This document shows positions 27,409-40,290 of a stretch of 64,000 nucleotides of DNA, piece after piece (position 1 is the stretch's first letter; the number at the start of each line of letters is the position of its first letter). Origin of the DNA: Octopus bimaculoides (lineage: Eukaryota); assembly GCF_001194135.2 (NCBI RefSeq), contig NC_068985.1:22240899-22304898 (forward strand), read 5' to 3'. Made by a program: the position numbers and the translations under genes. The notes below the pieces were generated by a model. The model did not search any database, was not told the origin of the DNA, and saw nothing but the letters and a program-made list of their open reading frames with translations.

Positions 27409-29481
27409 TGGGTGACAAGTTCAAGAAGAAGATATGTCCGGCCACTTAGGATAAACTACTCAAAGATAAGTATGAAAGTGAAGAAAAATATTTAATCCAT
27501 ACTTGTTCATCTGAAACAATAGACTCTGTTTTGCCTGAACCATAGGCATAACAGAACATATTTTGTTGGACAAATGATGACAGACTGAATATTTTCATAA
27601 CTATGTATACACACACACACACACACACACATGAACATAAAATTGGGCTTCTTGGATGGAGTCAAGATATATTTTTAAAATTAGGAGAATTAGCTGTTAA
27701 ACTGATAATGCTTATTGTATCACATGTAAAAATTGTTGACACAATTTTTACATGTTTTTTGATTAAGCAATTAGTTTAATCAAAAATATATGCTCAAACA
27801 ACTTTAGAACTCTAAGTTACAAGATTTTATTCAACCTACAGACATATCTACTTTGTACTTCTTTACAATTAAATTTTTTTTAAATTAATGCTTTACACTA
27901 GGTATAAACTATTATCTTATATACATAAATACTAATTATTACAACAGGTTTGTTTCACACTTGTAACCTTACAAAACTAATTTCTATGTAATGTTTTGTG
28001 ACTATATGAAAAAAGAATATATACATATATTTGGCATTTAGGAAGGGTATCCAGCCATAGAAACCATGCCAAAACAGACAATGAAGCCTGGTGCTGCCCC
28101 CAGCCTTACCAGCTCCTATCAAACCATCCAACCCATACCAGCATGGAAAAGACGTTAAATGATGATGATATAGTTATGGATGATTATTTAAGATTATTGC
28201 CAAACTGAAGAATGGAAACAGTTCAAAATATATAATAAAAGAAAAAAGGAAAGATTGAGTCAATAAGGAATAAACACTATAACATAACCGGTACTTTTTT
28301 ATCCATCCCCAAAAGATAATGTTAAAGCTAACTTAGGTATGATTTGAAACCTGAACACAAACACACAGAAATAAAGACTCTAATGCAGTTGATCTTTCAT
28401 TCTTGCTATTGTACCATCTCTGAAAATTTGTATAATATATACTAATAATATGTTAATATATAAAAACACAAATGAGTAGAAAAAAAAAGATCCCGCATTT
28501 TGATGTAGAACAAAAAGCCAAGCAACAAATTAATTATAAAAGAAAAAAAAGATTGCAAAGTTTGAACTTCAAACAATACAATACAATGGAGAAATATTTA
28601 ATAAAACTGATAGTACAATTAATATACTTATAATATTCTAAATTAAAGATACATCCCTTTCAAGCTGAATCTGGCTCAGAAAATTTGTCCAATAATTGAT
28701 TAGGAGATAATTTGCTAATTACAATTAAGAATGATATGCAGTTATTAAATACAATTTAAGATGCACAAATGACTTCTAAAGTATTGTTTTAATACAGTGC
28801 TGAAAATATAATTATTTTTCAATAAGCTAACCAACATAGCTACATTAATAGTTGTGCTCCATATACGAACAAATATGATGAGCTTGAAAGGAACCATATA
28901 TACACACATATATATATATATTGTCTCTGCATTGGCACACATACACCTTTTACCTTAACTACCAAACAATAAATCTTTCAAAATTATTAATACCCCAAAA
29001 CATCTCAGGAAGCACCTAAAAATAGAAAGTCTCAGATAAAGCTATTTGAAACATATCAAATTTAATACAGATAAAAAGCAGCATGCTTCTCTGATTCACA
29101 ATATCTTCATAGTCCCTAGCCTTAAACATTGTGAGTAAAGGAAGAAAGCTACTGTTCTGAATTATCTGAAAATAATCACCCTGCATATTCACATCCCTTT
29201 GTGTTTTTTTAATCCAATTTTCTTACCAGATGAATTTTTAATTTTCATACAACTAAAACTTGCGATTTTTTTTTTTTAGATAAAAATCCAATTTACATGT
29301 GTGTGCTTGTGTAATTGAAGTATTAGCAAACTCAAATGATTTATATGATATTTCATTTTATCACCCCCAAAAGTATGATGGGTAGAGTTGTTCTTGGCAG
29401 GATTTGAACTCAGAATGTAAAAAGGTAAAAGAAATGCTGCAAGTTATTTAATCTAATGTCCTAACAATTCTACCAATCCTA

Positions 29482-29574
<93 letters not shown>
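29482..29574. repeat. (AAT)n microsatellite, about 31 units
   Basis: Read directly from the sequence. Confidence 0.95.
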
Positions 29575-29576
29575 TC

Positions 29577-30310
29577 TATTATAGGCACAAGGCCTGAAAT
29601 TCAGGGGGAGGGAGACTAGTCGACTACATTGATACCAGTGTTTCACTGGTACTTAATTTATCAACCGAAAAAATTGAAAGGCTAAGTCGACCTCAGCAGA
29701 ATTTTAACTCCGAACATAAGGATGGGTGAAATACCTCTAAGCATTTCATTTGGCATGCTAACAATTCTGCCAGCTCACTACCTTAATAATAATAACAATC
29801 CTTTCTACTAAGGGCACAAGGCCTGAAATTTGTGGGGAGGGGACTAGTTGAATTTGAAACCAGAACATAAAGAGCCAGGACAAATACCACGTTTTTTTTC
29901 AACATTCTAACAATTCTAGCAGCTGGCTTTAATAATAATAATCTTTTCTTCTATAGGCACAAGGCCTGAAATTTGAGAGATGGAGCTAGTTGATTACATC
30001 AACCCAAGTGCATAACTGGTATTTATTTCATCAACCCCAAGAGAATGAAAGGTGAAGTCAACTTCAGTGGAATTTGAACTCAGAACATAAGGACAGATGA
30101 AATACCACTAAGCAACTAATAATAATAATAATGGTCTGTGATTTAGGCACAAGGGCAGCAATTTTGAGTAAAAGGAGTTAGTGGTTACAATCGACCCCAG
30201 TACTAATTCTTTATTTTATTGGCCCTAAAATGATGAAAGGCAAACTAAGAATGTAAAGAGCTAAATCAAATACCAGAAAGCAATTTTTCTGATGCTCTAA
30301 AAATTCTACC
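29577..30310 (-). mobile_element. Tandem array of four copies of a second SINE family
   Basis: Units start at about 29577, 29805, 29950 and 30140, each with (ag/gg)gcacaagg(c)ctgaaatt..gggga..gactag..(c)gaccccag..atgaaagg..aatttgaactcagaac and separated by short (AAT)n runs. Other copies at 7665-7880 (+), 7915-8100 (-), 26600-26750 (+), 57060-57260 (-). Confidence 0.8.
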
Positions 30311-31052
30311 AGCTTCAGGTAGGTCAGCAATTTTGAAGAGATTGGAGTTACTTGAAAACAACACAACCAGTACTTGAGTAGTATCCTTTATCTTTTACTT
30401 GTTGCAGTCATTAAGACTGTGGCCATGCTGGAGCACAACCTTGAAGAGTTTCTAGTCAAATGAATCAACCATAGGACTTTTTTTATAAGTTTGGTACTTA
30501 CTCTACCAGTCTCTTTTGCCAAACCACTAATTTATAGGGATGTAAACAAACCAACATCAGTTGCCAAGAAGTGGTAGGAGACACGCGCGCGCTCGCGCAC
30601 ATACATACACACACATATATATAGATACATGCACACACAGCTACTTTCAGTTTCTGTCTACCAAATCCACTCACAAGGCTTTGGTTGGCCTGAGGCTAGA
30701 AAATATTTGCCCAAGGTGCCACACAGTGGGACTGAACCTGGGACCACATGGTTGGAAAGCAAACTTCTTACCACACAGCCATGCCTAGCTCTGAGTAGAC
30801 AAAAGGCAAAATTGGCCTCAACAGGATTTGAACCCAGAGCACAGAGTCAGAACAGATGGCGTAAAGTATCTTGTCCAATGCTCAAACGATTCTGTCAATC
30901 CACTGCCTCAATAATGATATTGATTTCTAACAGACACAAGATCACAAATTTGGAAAAAGGTATACTCAATTAGAATGACTCCAGTACTTAATTTATTGAC
31001 AATGGAAGAGTGAAATATAATATTTACTTCAGCTGTATTTTTTTAATTCAGA

Positions 31053-31072
31053 ACTACTACTACTACTACTAC

Positions 31073-31138
<66 letters not shown>

Positions 31139-31169
31139 CAGCAGCAGCAGCAACAACAACAACAACAAC
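31053..31169. repeat. Compound microsatellite (ACT)7(AGT)21(AGC)5(AAC)6
   Basis: Counted directly from the sequence. Confidence 0.9.
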
Positions 31170-33660
31170 AACACAATATTATTATAATTTAATATGCTTG
31201 ATATAGAGTAGATGTTAAAAAAATAATTTAGAATTGGGAATAATCAGGTCTGTTTTATTTCTAATGATAAATTCTTTATTTTAAATTCATTTTTGGAACA
31301 ATTTTTTGGATTTTTTTTTTTTTTTTTTGCAATACTGAGTGGAGAATAAAGTAAAAAAATAAATATTTCTTTTGGTACAGGATTGTTTTATAACAAATCA
31401 ATATAATAGAAAAGTAGATGAAAGATTAAATTCCACCATTTCCAAAAACAGACTGACTGCACTTGGTCCAGTGCACCTAAATGAAATTTTCCATGCAGTC
31501 ATGCATAGCATTATAGCAATTAAATCAACTAAATACATATCACTTAAATTAACAGGCAGAAAAATCTATCACTGAATTCAATTACATAATATTATACATA
31601 TATATCCATATATATATTATTCACACACACACACAAATAACATACATAAGCAAATATTCTTTAATGGTCATTGCCTTTAAAATAATAAATCTACAAATTC
31701 GATATTTCTCTATAAATACACCGTAATAAATGTTAAGGAAGCAGATGCCAATCTCTTTCTCTCTCTTTTTCTCTCTCTCTCAATGTTTTTAAAATACGTA
31801 AGCTGAACTCTAGCAGCAGAAAAACATTACATGAGGTAATAGTTTGCATTGGTTACTTTTCTTTTATGACTATTAAATCAGGGAGAAAATTTTTCCATAA
31901 ATAATCATTCTTTTAAAAGGATTAGCATAATGTTGAAATATTTGCTAATGAAGACAGTTATATAAAATTCATGAAATGGACATCATTGTAGCTACTCCAT
32001 CTCAGTTTTGCTCAGTATCTTTTGCAGATCCAACAACGTAACAATTGCTTATGATGTCTGATTGGTGCTAGCATATCCTCCCTTCTTTTTCGCTCAAAAT
32101 TGATTTGTTATCAAAGAATATTTCATATAAATTCACTGAAATAAACTACAATAATGATAAACATTTATTGCAGACAATTTTTACAAAGTTAAGTATCTTA
32201 TTTTTAGGAGAAAAGATATCATTTAACCTAATGGCATAACTTTTTGGAATAAAAAGAAAACACAAGTGTAAAGAATTCAACTGAAATACAATCCCTATGT
32301 AGAGAGATATGTGAATATATATGCTTTTGTATATATAAAACTCAGGTATATATTAAACAAAATAAAATTTTTTCAAGGTGTGTTAAATTTTTATACAAAA
32401 TAAAAAATAGATTTTAAATTATGTAAAAGAAATTAAAAAATCAAAAGGAAAAGTACACCAAAATGACTGGTCTCCATATTTTTAAAACTATACAAGTATA
32501 GAAAAACATGGACCATCTTTTTCTTTTCTTACTGCTTCTTAAAAGAAACTTATTTATCCAAATTATGCAGGTACAGGTGTGGCTGTGCAGTTAGATTTAC
32601 TTTCCAATCACATGGTTTTAGATTTAGTTCCACAGTGTGGAAGCTAGGACAAGTCTTCTACTAAAGTCCCAGGCTTTGTGAGTAAATTTAGTAGACGGAA
32701 ACTGAAAGAAGCCCATATGTGTGTGTGCATGTGTCTCTCTCTCTCTCTCTTTGTCTTGACATCATGTGATAGTTGTGAAACAGTGTCACTGTCATACAAG
32801 CAATGTCACTCATTTCCAATATTCTTCAAAAACATGGCTGGCTACAGAGAATTATTACCAAGCTCAAAAACAGGTGAAGTTTGGCAACAGGAAAGGCATC
32901 CAGCTGTTGAAAATCTGCCTTAAATGTCATCCAATCTATGAAAGCATGGAAAAGTGGGCATTAAAATGATAATGATAATTATGTACTAAACTGTTTAACT
33001 CTTATGGAAGTGAAACATCATTGAACATAATCAAGGTTAAGTTAGTTAATCCAAATCTGATCTCTAATTTAAGAAGCTCTATTAAGAAATACAAATTAAT
33101 GAGGAGAGCCTCTATGAAATGGTTTAACTAGCTAGAGACAGTAGTCAAATCTCCAGCAAATCATACCTTAAAATCTTTTAAAAAATTGAAAGAGATATTT
33201 ATCCAAGATATATATACCTTAAAAACAAGGTGATCATGATTTGAACACCTTTACATACAGACAGGTTGACCTGGCACTTAACAATAACAACAAAGAGATG
33301 TTCATCACACATCAGAATTGCTATAATTTGAATTAAAGTCCCGTTTTAGTGACTTCTGATCAGTGCTATAACACTGATCATACATTTTGCTTTGACTGAG
33401 AGTATTTAGTCCAGTTAAGACTAACATGTGAAGAAACTACAGTTGAAAAATAGACCAGTCATGAGCAAACTAAAGCCTAACAAAAAAAAATTGCCTCCAA
33501 GTGTTTTCAGTACAACCCACCTGCAGTTGAGCCATGTCTTATGTGTTCTGCTTCTCTAAAAGCAGTTGCCCATGCCTGCTCTAGACAGAGGTTACAATAT
33601 TCCATTGGACATTGGATCAGTACTCTATAAAATTACTAGTGATGAATAACAAATATTCAT

Positions 33661-34466
33661 AAGTAAGACCTTTGGAGATATGCTGTGATCAGTGGTGGAC
33701 TGGGTCTAAAAATATTGGTTGCCAGGAGACTAAAGGGGCCCAACTGCAACTATGATCCTATCATTTATTTATTTATTTATCTATTTATTTTTTTGTTAAA
33801 AGTATTCTTTTCAACTGTCTCCAAACACAGCCAGGCTGAAATAATTAATGCATTCTTCCAAGAGTGAATAAAAAGTTCTCAAACTTGAGGGGATGAGCCC
33901 CTTAGATACTAACATGGGCCTCCATATATAAATTCTAATGGTGCAGGGGCCTACTTGCCATCGGGGTGGCTGGCAACCTGGCCAGTCCGCCACTGACTGT
34001 AATTGAGAAGACCCAGCAAGTAAAGTGAGATCACAGCCGTAGCCTATACCAGTGTTGCATAACGAGCCCATTTAAAAGTACCCTTGAATCATCAGGTGAT
34101 ACACTGCGCTTGAGAAGACCTATTGAGTTAAGTAAAATCAAAATCAAATCAAGATCGAAACCAAAATGGAAATTGTAGTTATGGCTGATGCCAGTACCAC
34201 CTGACTGCCACCCATGCTGGTGGCATGTAATAAGCACCATTTAAGCATGGCTTGGTGCCAGTGCCACCTGAATGGCTCCTGTGCTGGTGGCACGTAAAAA
34301 GTACCCACTACACTCTCAGAGTGGTTGGTGTTAAGAGGGACATCCGGCTGTAGAAACATTGCCAGATCGGATTGGAGCCTGGTGCAGCCTACTGGCTCGC
34401 CAGTCCCCAGTCAAACCATCCAACCCATGCCAGCATGGAAAACAGGCGTTAAACGATAATGATGAT
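33661..34466 (+). mobile_element. RTE-type LINE 3' tail with a nested hAT MITE
   Basis: Homologous to 55481-56093. Ends ..aacccatgccagcatggaaaa..cgttaaacgat(gat)n, a tail repeated more than 10 times in the window. RTE assignment is from recall of the tail type. Confidence 0.7.
33690..33995. mobile_element. hAT MITE inserted in the RTE tail
   Basis: TIR cagtggtggactgg / ccagtccgccactg (13/14) and degenerate 8-bp TSD gctgtgat / actgtaat (6/8). It interrupts a site that is contiguous in the 55.5-kb copy (atatgctgtg|cttgagaagaccc). Confidence 0.75.
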
Positions 34467-36948
34467 AAATAAAAAGAACACTTTACAGAAAGAAAATTTA
34501 AGAAAACTGGTTGAAAACATCAAATGAATAAATTGCTATATTTGTCTGCATTAAATGCTTTTCCATGGACATTATAATTACATAAGTTCATTGTCTTTTG
34601 TTGTTTTAACATCTACTATTTCCATTCTTGCATAACTCACACAGAATTTGTTGAGGCAGATATTCTACCACCAGATGCCCTTCTTGTGACCAACTCACAC
34701 TTGTTTTCCCATGGGCAGACATCTTTTCACAGAAGATTGGAAACAAAGTACACCACTTGCATAACAGTGATGCTTACATACAACTTTCACACAATGCCAA
34801 GGCAAAGAGACAGTAACACACACACACACACACATATATATGTTGGGCTTCTTTCAGTTTCTGACTATCAAATCTACTCACAAGGCTTTGGTGAGCCCGG
34901 AGCTTAAGAGACACTTACTTCAGGTGCCACACACTGAGACTGAATCTGAAACCAGGTAGTTGAGAAACAAACTGTTTAACACAGCTTGTGTTTATAAGTC
35001 ATTATATAAGATAATTACAATTTAACAAGATTACATAGCTATTTTGTACCTATATGCATATCTAAAAACATGGCTGTATATTTTGTACATTATATTTGCC
35101 ATGTGACAGTGGCCAAATAACACAAGCAACTGAATTGCTGTGGTATTTCAGAAGAATTCCTCTTCATATAGCGATCTACAAAAATTCAGAATGCAGAACC
35201 TACCCATCTCCCCTTCAAGCCATACAAGTTCTGTAAGCTAATAAAGCATGAATTTTTATAATAATTTTGCTGTTTACAGCAATAACCTGTACCGCTGTAT
35301 GGAACCTACCTATAAGTAGGGAACTGGGCCATTAATAAAATATATTGGTTACAGGCACAGTTGAAATACTGATAGGATGCAATACACTAACTAAACACAC
35401 TTGTAAATTAATATACACTATGTTGGTTGGACAAATATTTCCCTCATAATTGAATTCCTAAAAGATTATAAAGAATTTAGAAGTGCTTAACAAGAAAAAT
35501 CACAAATTTAATGCTTAATAAAAGTATATTTTGAATAAGTGCTAATTTAACAATGTCTGAAATAAGAGAATACTTTGGATAAAATTAAATAGCTCCATAT
35601 AAACAAAGACTTTTAAATCAAATTACAAATAGACTGGGAAAACAAAAAATGTTAAGTACAAAAGTTTATTAATTTCTGGATATATCATGACATAATTCTA
35701 GTGTATTGTCTTGACAAGGATATTCTAAAGTGGTTTTGAATTGCCTTCCTCAGATGGACAGGAAATATGAGATTACTAATTATTTGGGAACAGGAATAGT
35801 GTTTTTCCCAAGGAATGAGATAGCTACAAGTGGAAGCCAAAACTAGAGAAGAATAAAAGTTCTGTTAAAAGGACAGAATTCTTTTTTTTCCTTTTTTTTT
35901 TTTTTGAGAACAAAATATGGTGCCAACTTCAAACAGAAAAAAAAGATGAATTTCTTAGATACCAAAACTGAAATATTGGCATATTTTCAACTAACTGATA
36001 GTTTTAACAAATTATCATTCTAAAAGTTAAAAGTTATTTGGGGAAGTGTTAGTGACTAAATTCAAGTTTTCTTATCTATTGCAGTTTAAATGATACAAAA
36101 ACTGCAAATGTGTTTGTTTATCAGTGGAGTGATTATCTGAGTATGCAGCCACTTTCATTATACTTATTTAGCTAACTTCATCAAACATAGCAATAGTTTG
36201 TAGGTTACCAGGAACACTTCAGAGGAGGTGTGGCTAGTTATATCATCTGACTGCATCCATCTAAGCCTGCACTACAGACTCTAGGCATAACTTAGTTGTT
36301 TTTCAAAATAATAATGATTTTAGCATCTGCCTTAATTTCACTATTTTGATGGCAAGCAGTAATTATTGAGCATTTTCTATCTGAATAATGAGAAATGTGA
36401 ATGAAAATAGCACAAGTATACTTGAGTGTTTATGTTCATTATTACACTTACAAATAGGAATAATAATATATCGGGTGGTTAGTTAAGTGTGATCAAAACA
36501 AAACTCGTTTACAAGATTTTCAATCAAAGTAACAGTAGAAAACCATATGAATAACAAATATGGCTCTGTGGTGATTAAAGAAGTGTAATTAGTGCAATAG
36601 TATCTAATCTCTTTTACTGAAAATGAATGAAAATGTATTAGACAGAAACTGTAAGAAACAGAAATATTTACACTTCAAAGAATTCTCTGGTTTTGGATAC
36701 TAACTAGACGTTTTTGTTTTTGTTTTTTCTTGTATTCAAACTGTTGGGAAAGAAATTATATATTTTTAGCAGAATGGAATATGAGAAAAGGAAATGCAGA
36801 CTAAAAGAAACTGCTTGATTTTGCAGGGTTGAAATGCAAAGTATGATGAAATAAAAACAACAAAATCTTCATTCCAAGACCAAGCTTAGATTAATAAAGA
36901 ACAATTTCATCTAAACAATATGCTCCTAGAGAATAAGCTACACACTAT

Positions 36949-37370
36949 CAGGGCCAGATTAAGACCCATCGAGGCCCTAAGCACTTAAAAGATTTTGGTG
37001 CCCCCATAAAAAATTACGTAATTCAAAATATAAACAATAACAATCTATAAAATGAATTTTTATTTTTCAAAACGAAACAAAACAGTAAGAGGGAAAATAA
37101 CATTTATTTTTGTATACTTCTACTTTATTTATATTTGAAAAGTTTCCTCCTACTTTTTTGAGTTGCAAAGTCTTTGATCAGATCTTCAAAATTAATCTTA
37201 GGTAACACATCTGCATCTATACTTAATAGAGATAAAGGCATCCCGAATATCATTTTAGCAAGTTTAAAGTGATTTCTTTTGTGCCATAAACTATTTACCA
37301 TTTCTGTGGTACCCCCTCCTTCTCTTGATGCCTGAAGCACATATTGTGCTTAATGGTTAATCCAGTGCTG
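36949..37370 (-). mobile_element. Internally deleted hAT element with the transposase C-terminus
   Basis: Imperfect TIRs cagggccagattaagacc / tggttaatccagtgctg and 8-bp TSD cacactat / catactat (7/8). Minus-strand peptide LSLLSIDADVLPKINFEDLIKDFATQKSRRK resembles the hAT C-terminal dimerisation region. Confidence 0.8.
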
Positions 37371-37706
37371 CATACTATAACCAAATATAGTATGGCTTCG
37401 CATAAGTAAGTGGGAAAACATTGATCACCCAGGTTACCCAAGCAACCAGTTGATAAAAACTCCCATTAAAAGGTATTTAAAATATAAACACAAGCAAGAG
37501 TAATCAGCTGATTAAAATTTTTAGGCAATACAGATTGGAGCTCATATAGTTTCTAAAGATAACTAGTGAAGGTTGTTCATATGTTTTAGACTTATTAGAC
37601 CACCTCAGCAGCACACATCTTATTCAGCTGCTAAGGCTAAGACTGATCAACACACATACATATGCATACATATATATATATAATATACATGCATGTACAT
37701 ATATAA

Positions 37707-37739
<33 letters not shown>

Positions 37740-38739
37740 CATCACCATTTAACATCCATGTCCCATACAGGCAGGGGTTGGATGATTTGACAGGAGCTGG
37801 CAAGGGAAAGGACTGCACCTGGCTCTGTCTGTTTTGGCATGGTTTTTATAGTTAGATGCCTTTCCCTAACACAAACCACTTTACAGAGTAAACTGGGTGC
37901 TTTTCACGCAGCACCAGCAAGGTCTGTGTGTGTGTGTGTACACATATCGATACACACATACATACATCTCATTGTGGAAATGACAAGGTTTCAGGAGTTG
38001 TGATGATTTGTTGTACTCAAGAAGACACATCAAACTAAGTAAAATCACTGTCATCCTTACATAGAGGCTTGTCCTTAACAGGTGCCAGTGCTGCATAAAC
38101 ACACCTTTGCTGGTAGCACATAAAAATACACCCAGAACACTCCGTAAAGTGGTTGGCGTTAGGAAGGGCATCCAGTTGTAGAAACCACGTCACAACAGAC
38201 AATGAGTCTGGACAGCTTTCCAAATGGCCAGCTGCTGTCAAACTGTCCAATCCATGCCAACATGGAAAATGGACATTAAACAATGATGATATATACATGT
38301 ATGTATACAATAATCTCTTGCCACATCACAGTTCACCTATCATGCACTTAGAACATCGTAGTTCAGCTGTTGTGCACTCAGTACATCGCAGATTTTTCTG
38401 GCTAATGTATGTAAATTTATATTGTGGACTCCTCAGTATATTGCGGTTTTCTGCAGCCAATAAGTATTTATATTTTTTCAGATTTTAATTATTTCTGTGG
38501 GAGGTTTTGGAACATAACACCTGCGATAGTCAAAGGATTACTATATATATAAACCAGTGGGATGGCATCATTCAAAAGCTACAACAATACAAGGAGGTGC
38601 ATTGTGTCCAGCAGTATATAACAATATATGATAGCCTGGTTGACAGTGATTATATATATCAACCAAAGCAAAAGAAATCCTGATCTCCGTCTTAAGGAGA
38701 GTCACTCATACTGAGGATGAAAACAAAAATATAAATATA

Positions 38740-39300
38740 AATGTCCAATTTGTAGTCACCCATAATCTTAGTAACCACATCCTACATTCAGCCAAACGAT
38801 ACCTCCCAATTCTACATCAATCATCTAATTTCCAACAAATGATTTAAAAAACCACAAACCATCAAGAGCAAAAACAACCACCAAATTTCAAGAGACTCCT
38901 AATGTGAGATTGACATCAGAGAAAGAAATAATGCAAGTAACAAACTGTGGAGACACTCATTGAACAAGGAACAAGCAAAAGATTCAAGAATGGGAAGGAA
39001 TTGAAAATGAATGCAAACATAAATTGCAAACAAAAAAAATCTCATCTACTGCATCACATGTCCATACTGCAATGAAAATTACATTGGGAAAAAAACAGAC
39101 AAAACTAACCAGCCGTGTAACTGTGTATAAACAGCAAATTAAAGATCAATCTCTTAGAAATCTTCCATGTAGTAAACATCTAGATATCTGTGCAAATGGA
39201 AAATTTAAAATATTTCCCTTTTACAAAATAAAATATGAATTAATCATCAACTATGAAAAGCAAAAGAGCACTTCATAAGAATTCTAAATCCAAAACTAAA
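38740..39300 (+). mobile_element. Penelope-like element remnant (GIY-YIG endonuclease region)
   Basis: NLIYCITCPYCNENYIG, then a frameshift, then TKLTSRVTVYKQQIKD....LPCSKHLDICANGKFKIFPFYK. This is the PLE GIY-YIG pattern with a CxxC between the two motifs. Confidence 0.85.
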
Positions 39301-39600
39301 CCTGAAATAGTCAGCACTATTACTAAAAACAACTTCCTCTATACTTAGCTCAGAGCATTTGTTTGGTAAGTTGAACAATAAAAGCATTTACACACAATAC
39401 ACAAACTTCTAAAAAGGTTGGTGACATTCTATAAATTAAAAATGTTTAAATAGTTAACTTTTTAGCAAAATCTTTCTTCAATTATTGTGACTATCAAGTA
39501 GTTTTCACAAAAGCTTATATATATNNNNNNNNNNNNNNNNNNNNNNNNNNNNNNNNNNNNNNNNNNNNNNNNNNNNNNNNNNNNNNNNNNNNNNNNNNNN

Positions 39601-39637
<37 letters not shown>

Positions 39638-40129
39638 CACACACACACACACACATTATTTAATAACAGTTTGACTTAGTTCCATGTAACTTTACGTTTC
39701 ATAGACTTGTAGAATGAACCAAAGTCATCAGGCATCTAGAAGCAGAATAACAGGATACAAGACAAATTCAAGATGGCTTCTAGATGTTAGACCTCTATTG
39801 ATCAACTCAGATCACATGGTGTTCTTAGTCTGGAAGTGACATCAATTATCTACGTTGTTCTTAGCCCAGCTGGATGGACAGTATGTAGCTGTCACGACTG
39901 TGTCTGGAAGCTGCAGTGTGGTTTTATTTGGCAACATCAGTTCGTTGCATTTGCTGCTGCACACACTATCTCCAGACGCCTCACAAATTAGGTTCATTTT
40001 ACAAGCCAACAAAACCTTAAATTGCAAGGAGCTGAGTCAAACTTATTAAATAACATAACGCCTACAAATGTGTTGACTGCCACTTCCTTTTAGCTGTCCA
40101 CTCACTTGTATATGTGTGTGTATATATTT

Positions 40130-40290
40130 TTTTTCTCCATGTTTTTCTCCTTGTTTTCTCCGTATTCTTTCTGTTGAAGAGCGTAGCTCGAAACGTTAAA
40201 GACTTTCTCTATTCCCGAGTGTTAAACTAATACATCCTTTTGTTGTTTACACCACCTGTCCTCGTCTGTTGTTGTTTTTTTCGTAAATTC
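40130..40290 (+). mobile_element. Penelope-type short repeat with the best-preserved hammerhead-like motif
   Basis: TCTTT CTGTTGA A GAGC GTA GCTC GAAA CG TT AAAGA (40166-40202): 5-bp stem I, 4-bp stem II and a minimal palindromic stem III. Confidence 0.65.

Noticed and set aside
27446-27628. Kinesin or P-loop NTPase exon (CYAYGSGKT)
   Set aside because: It does not fit the Walker A spacing [AG]x4GK[ST] and there is no supporting exon. A donor-like GTATGG exists, but the evidence is insufficient.
31990-32150. Plus-strand terminal exon (ttttgcag|..SNNVTIAYDV*, then AATAAA)
   Set aside because: Very short, with no upstream partner exon found; compatible with chance.
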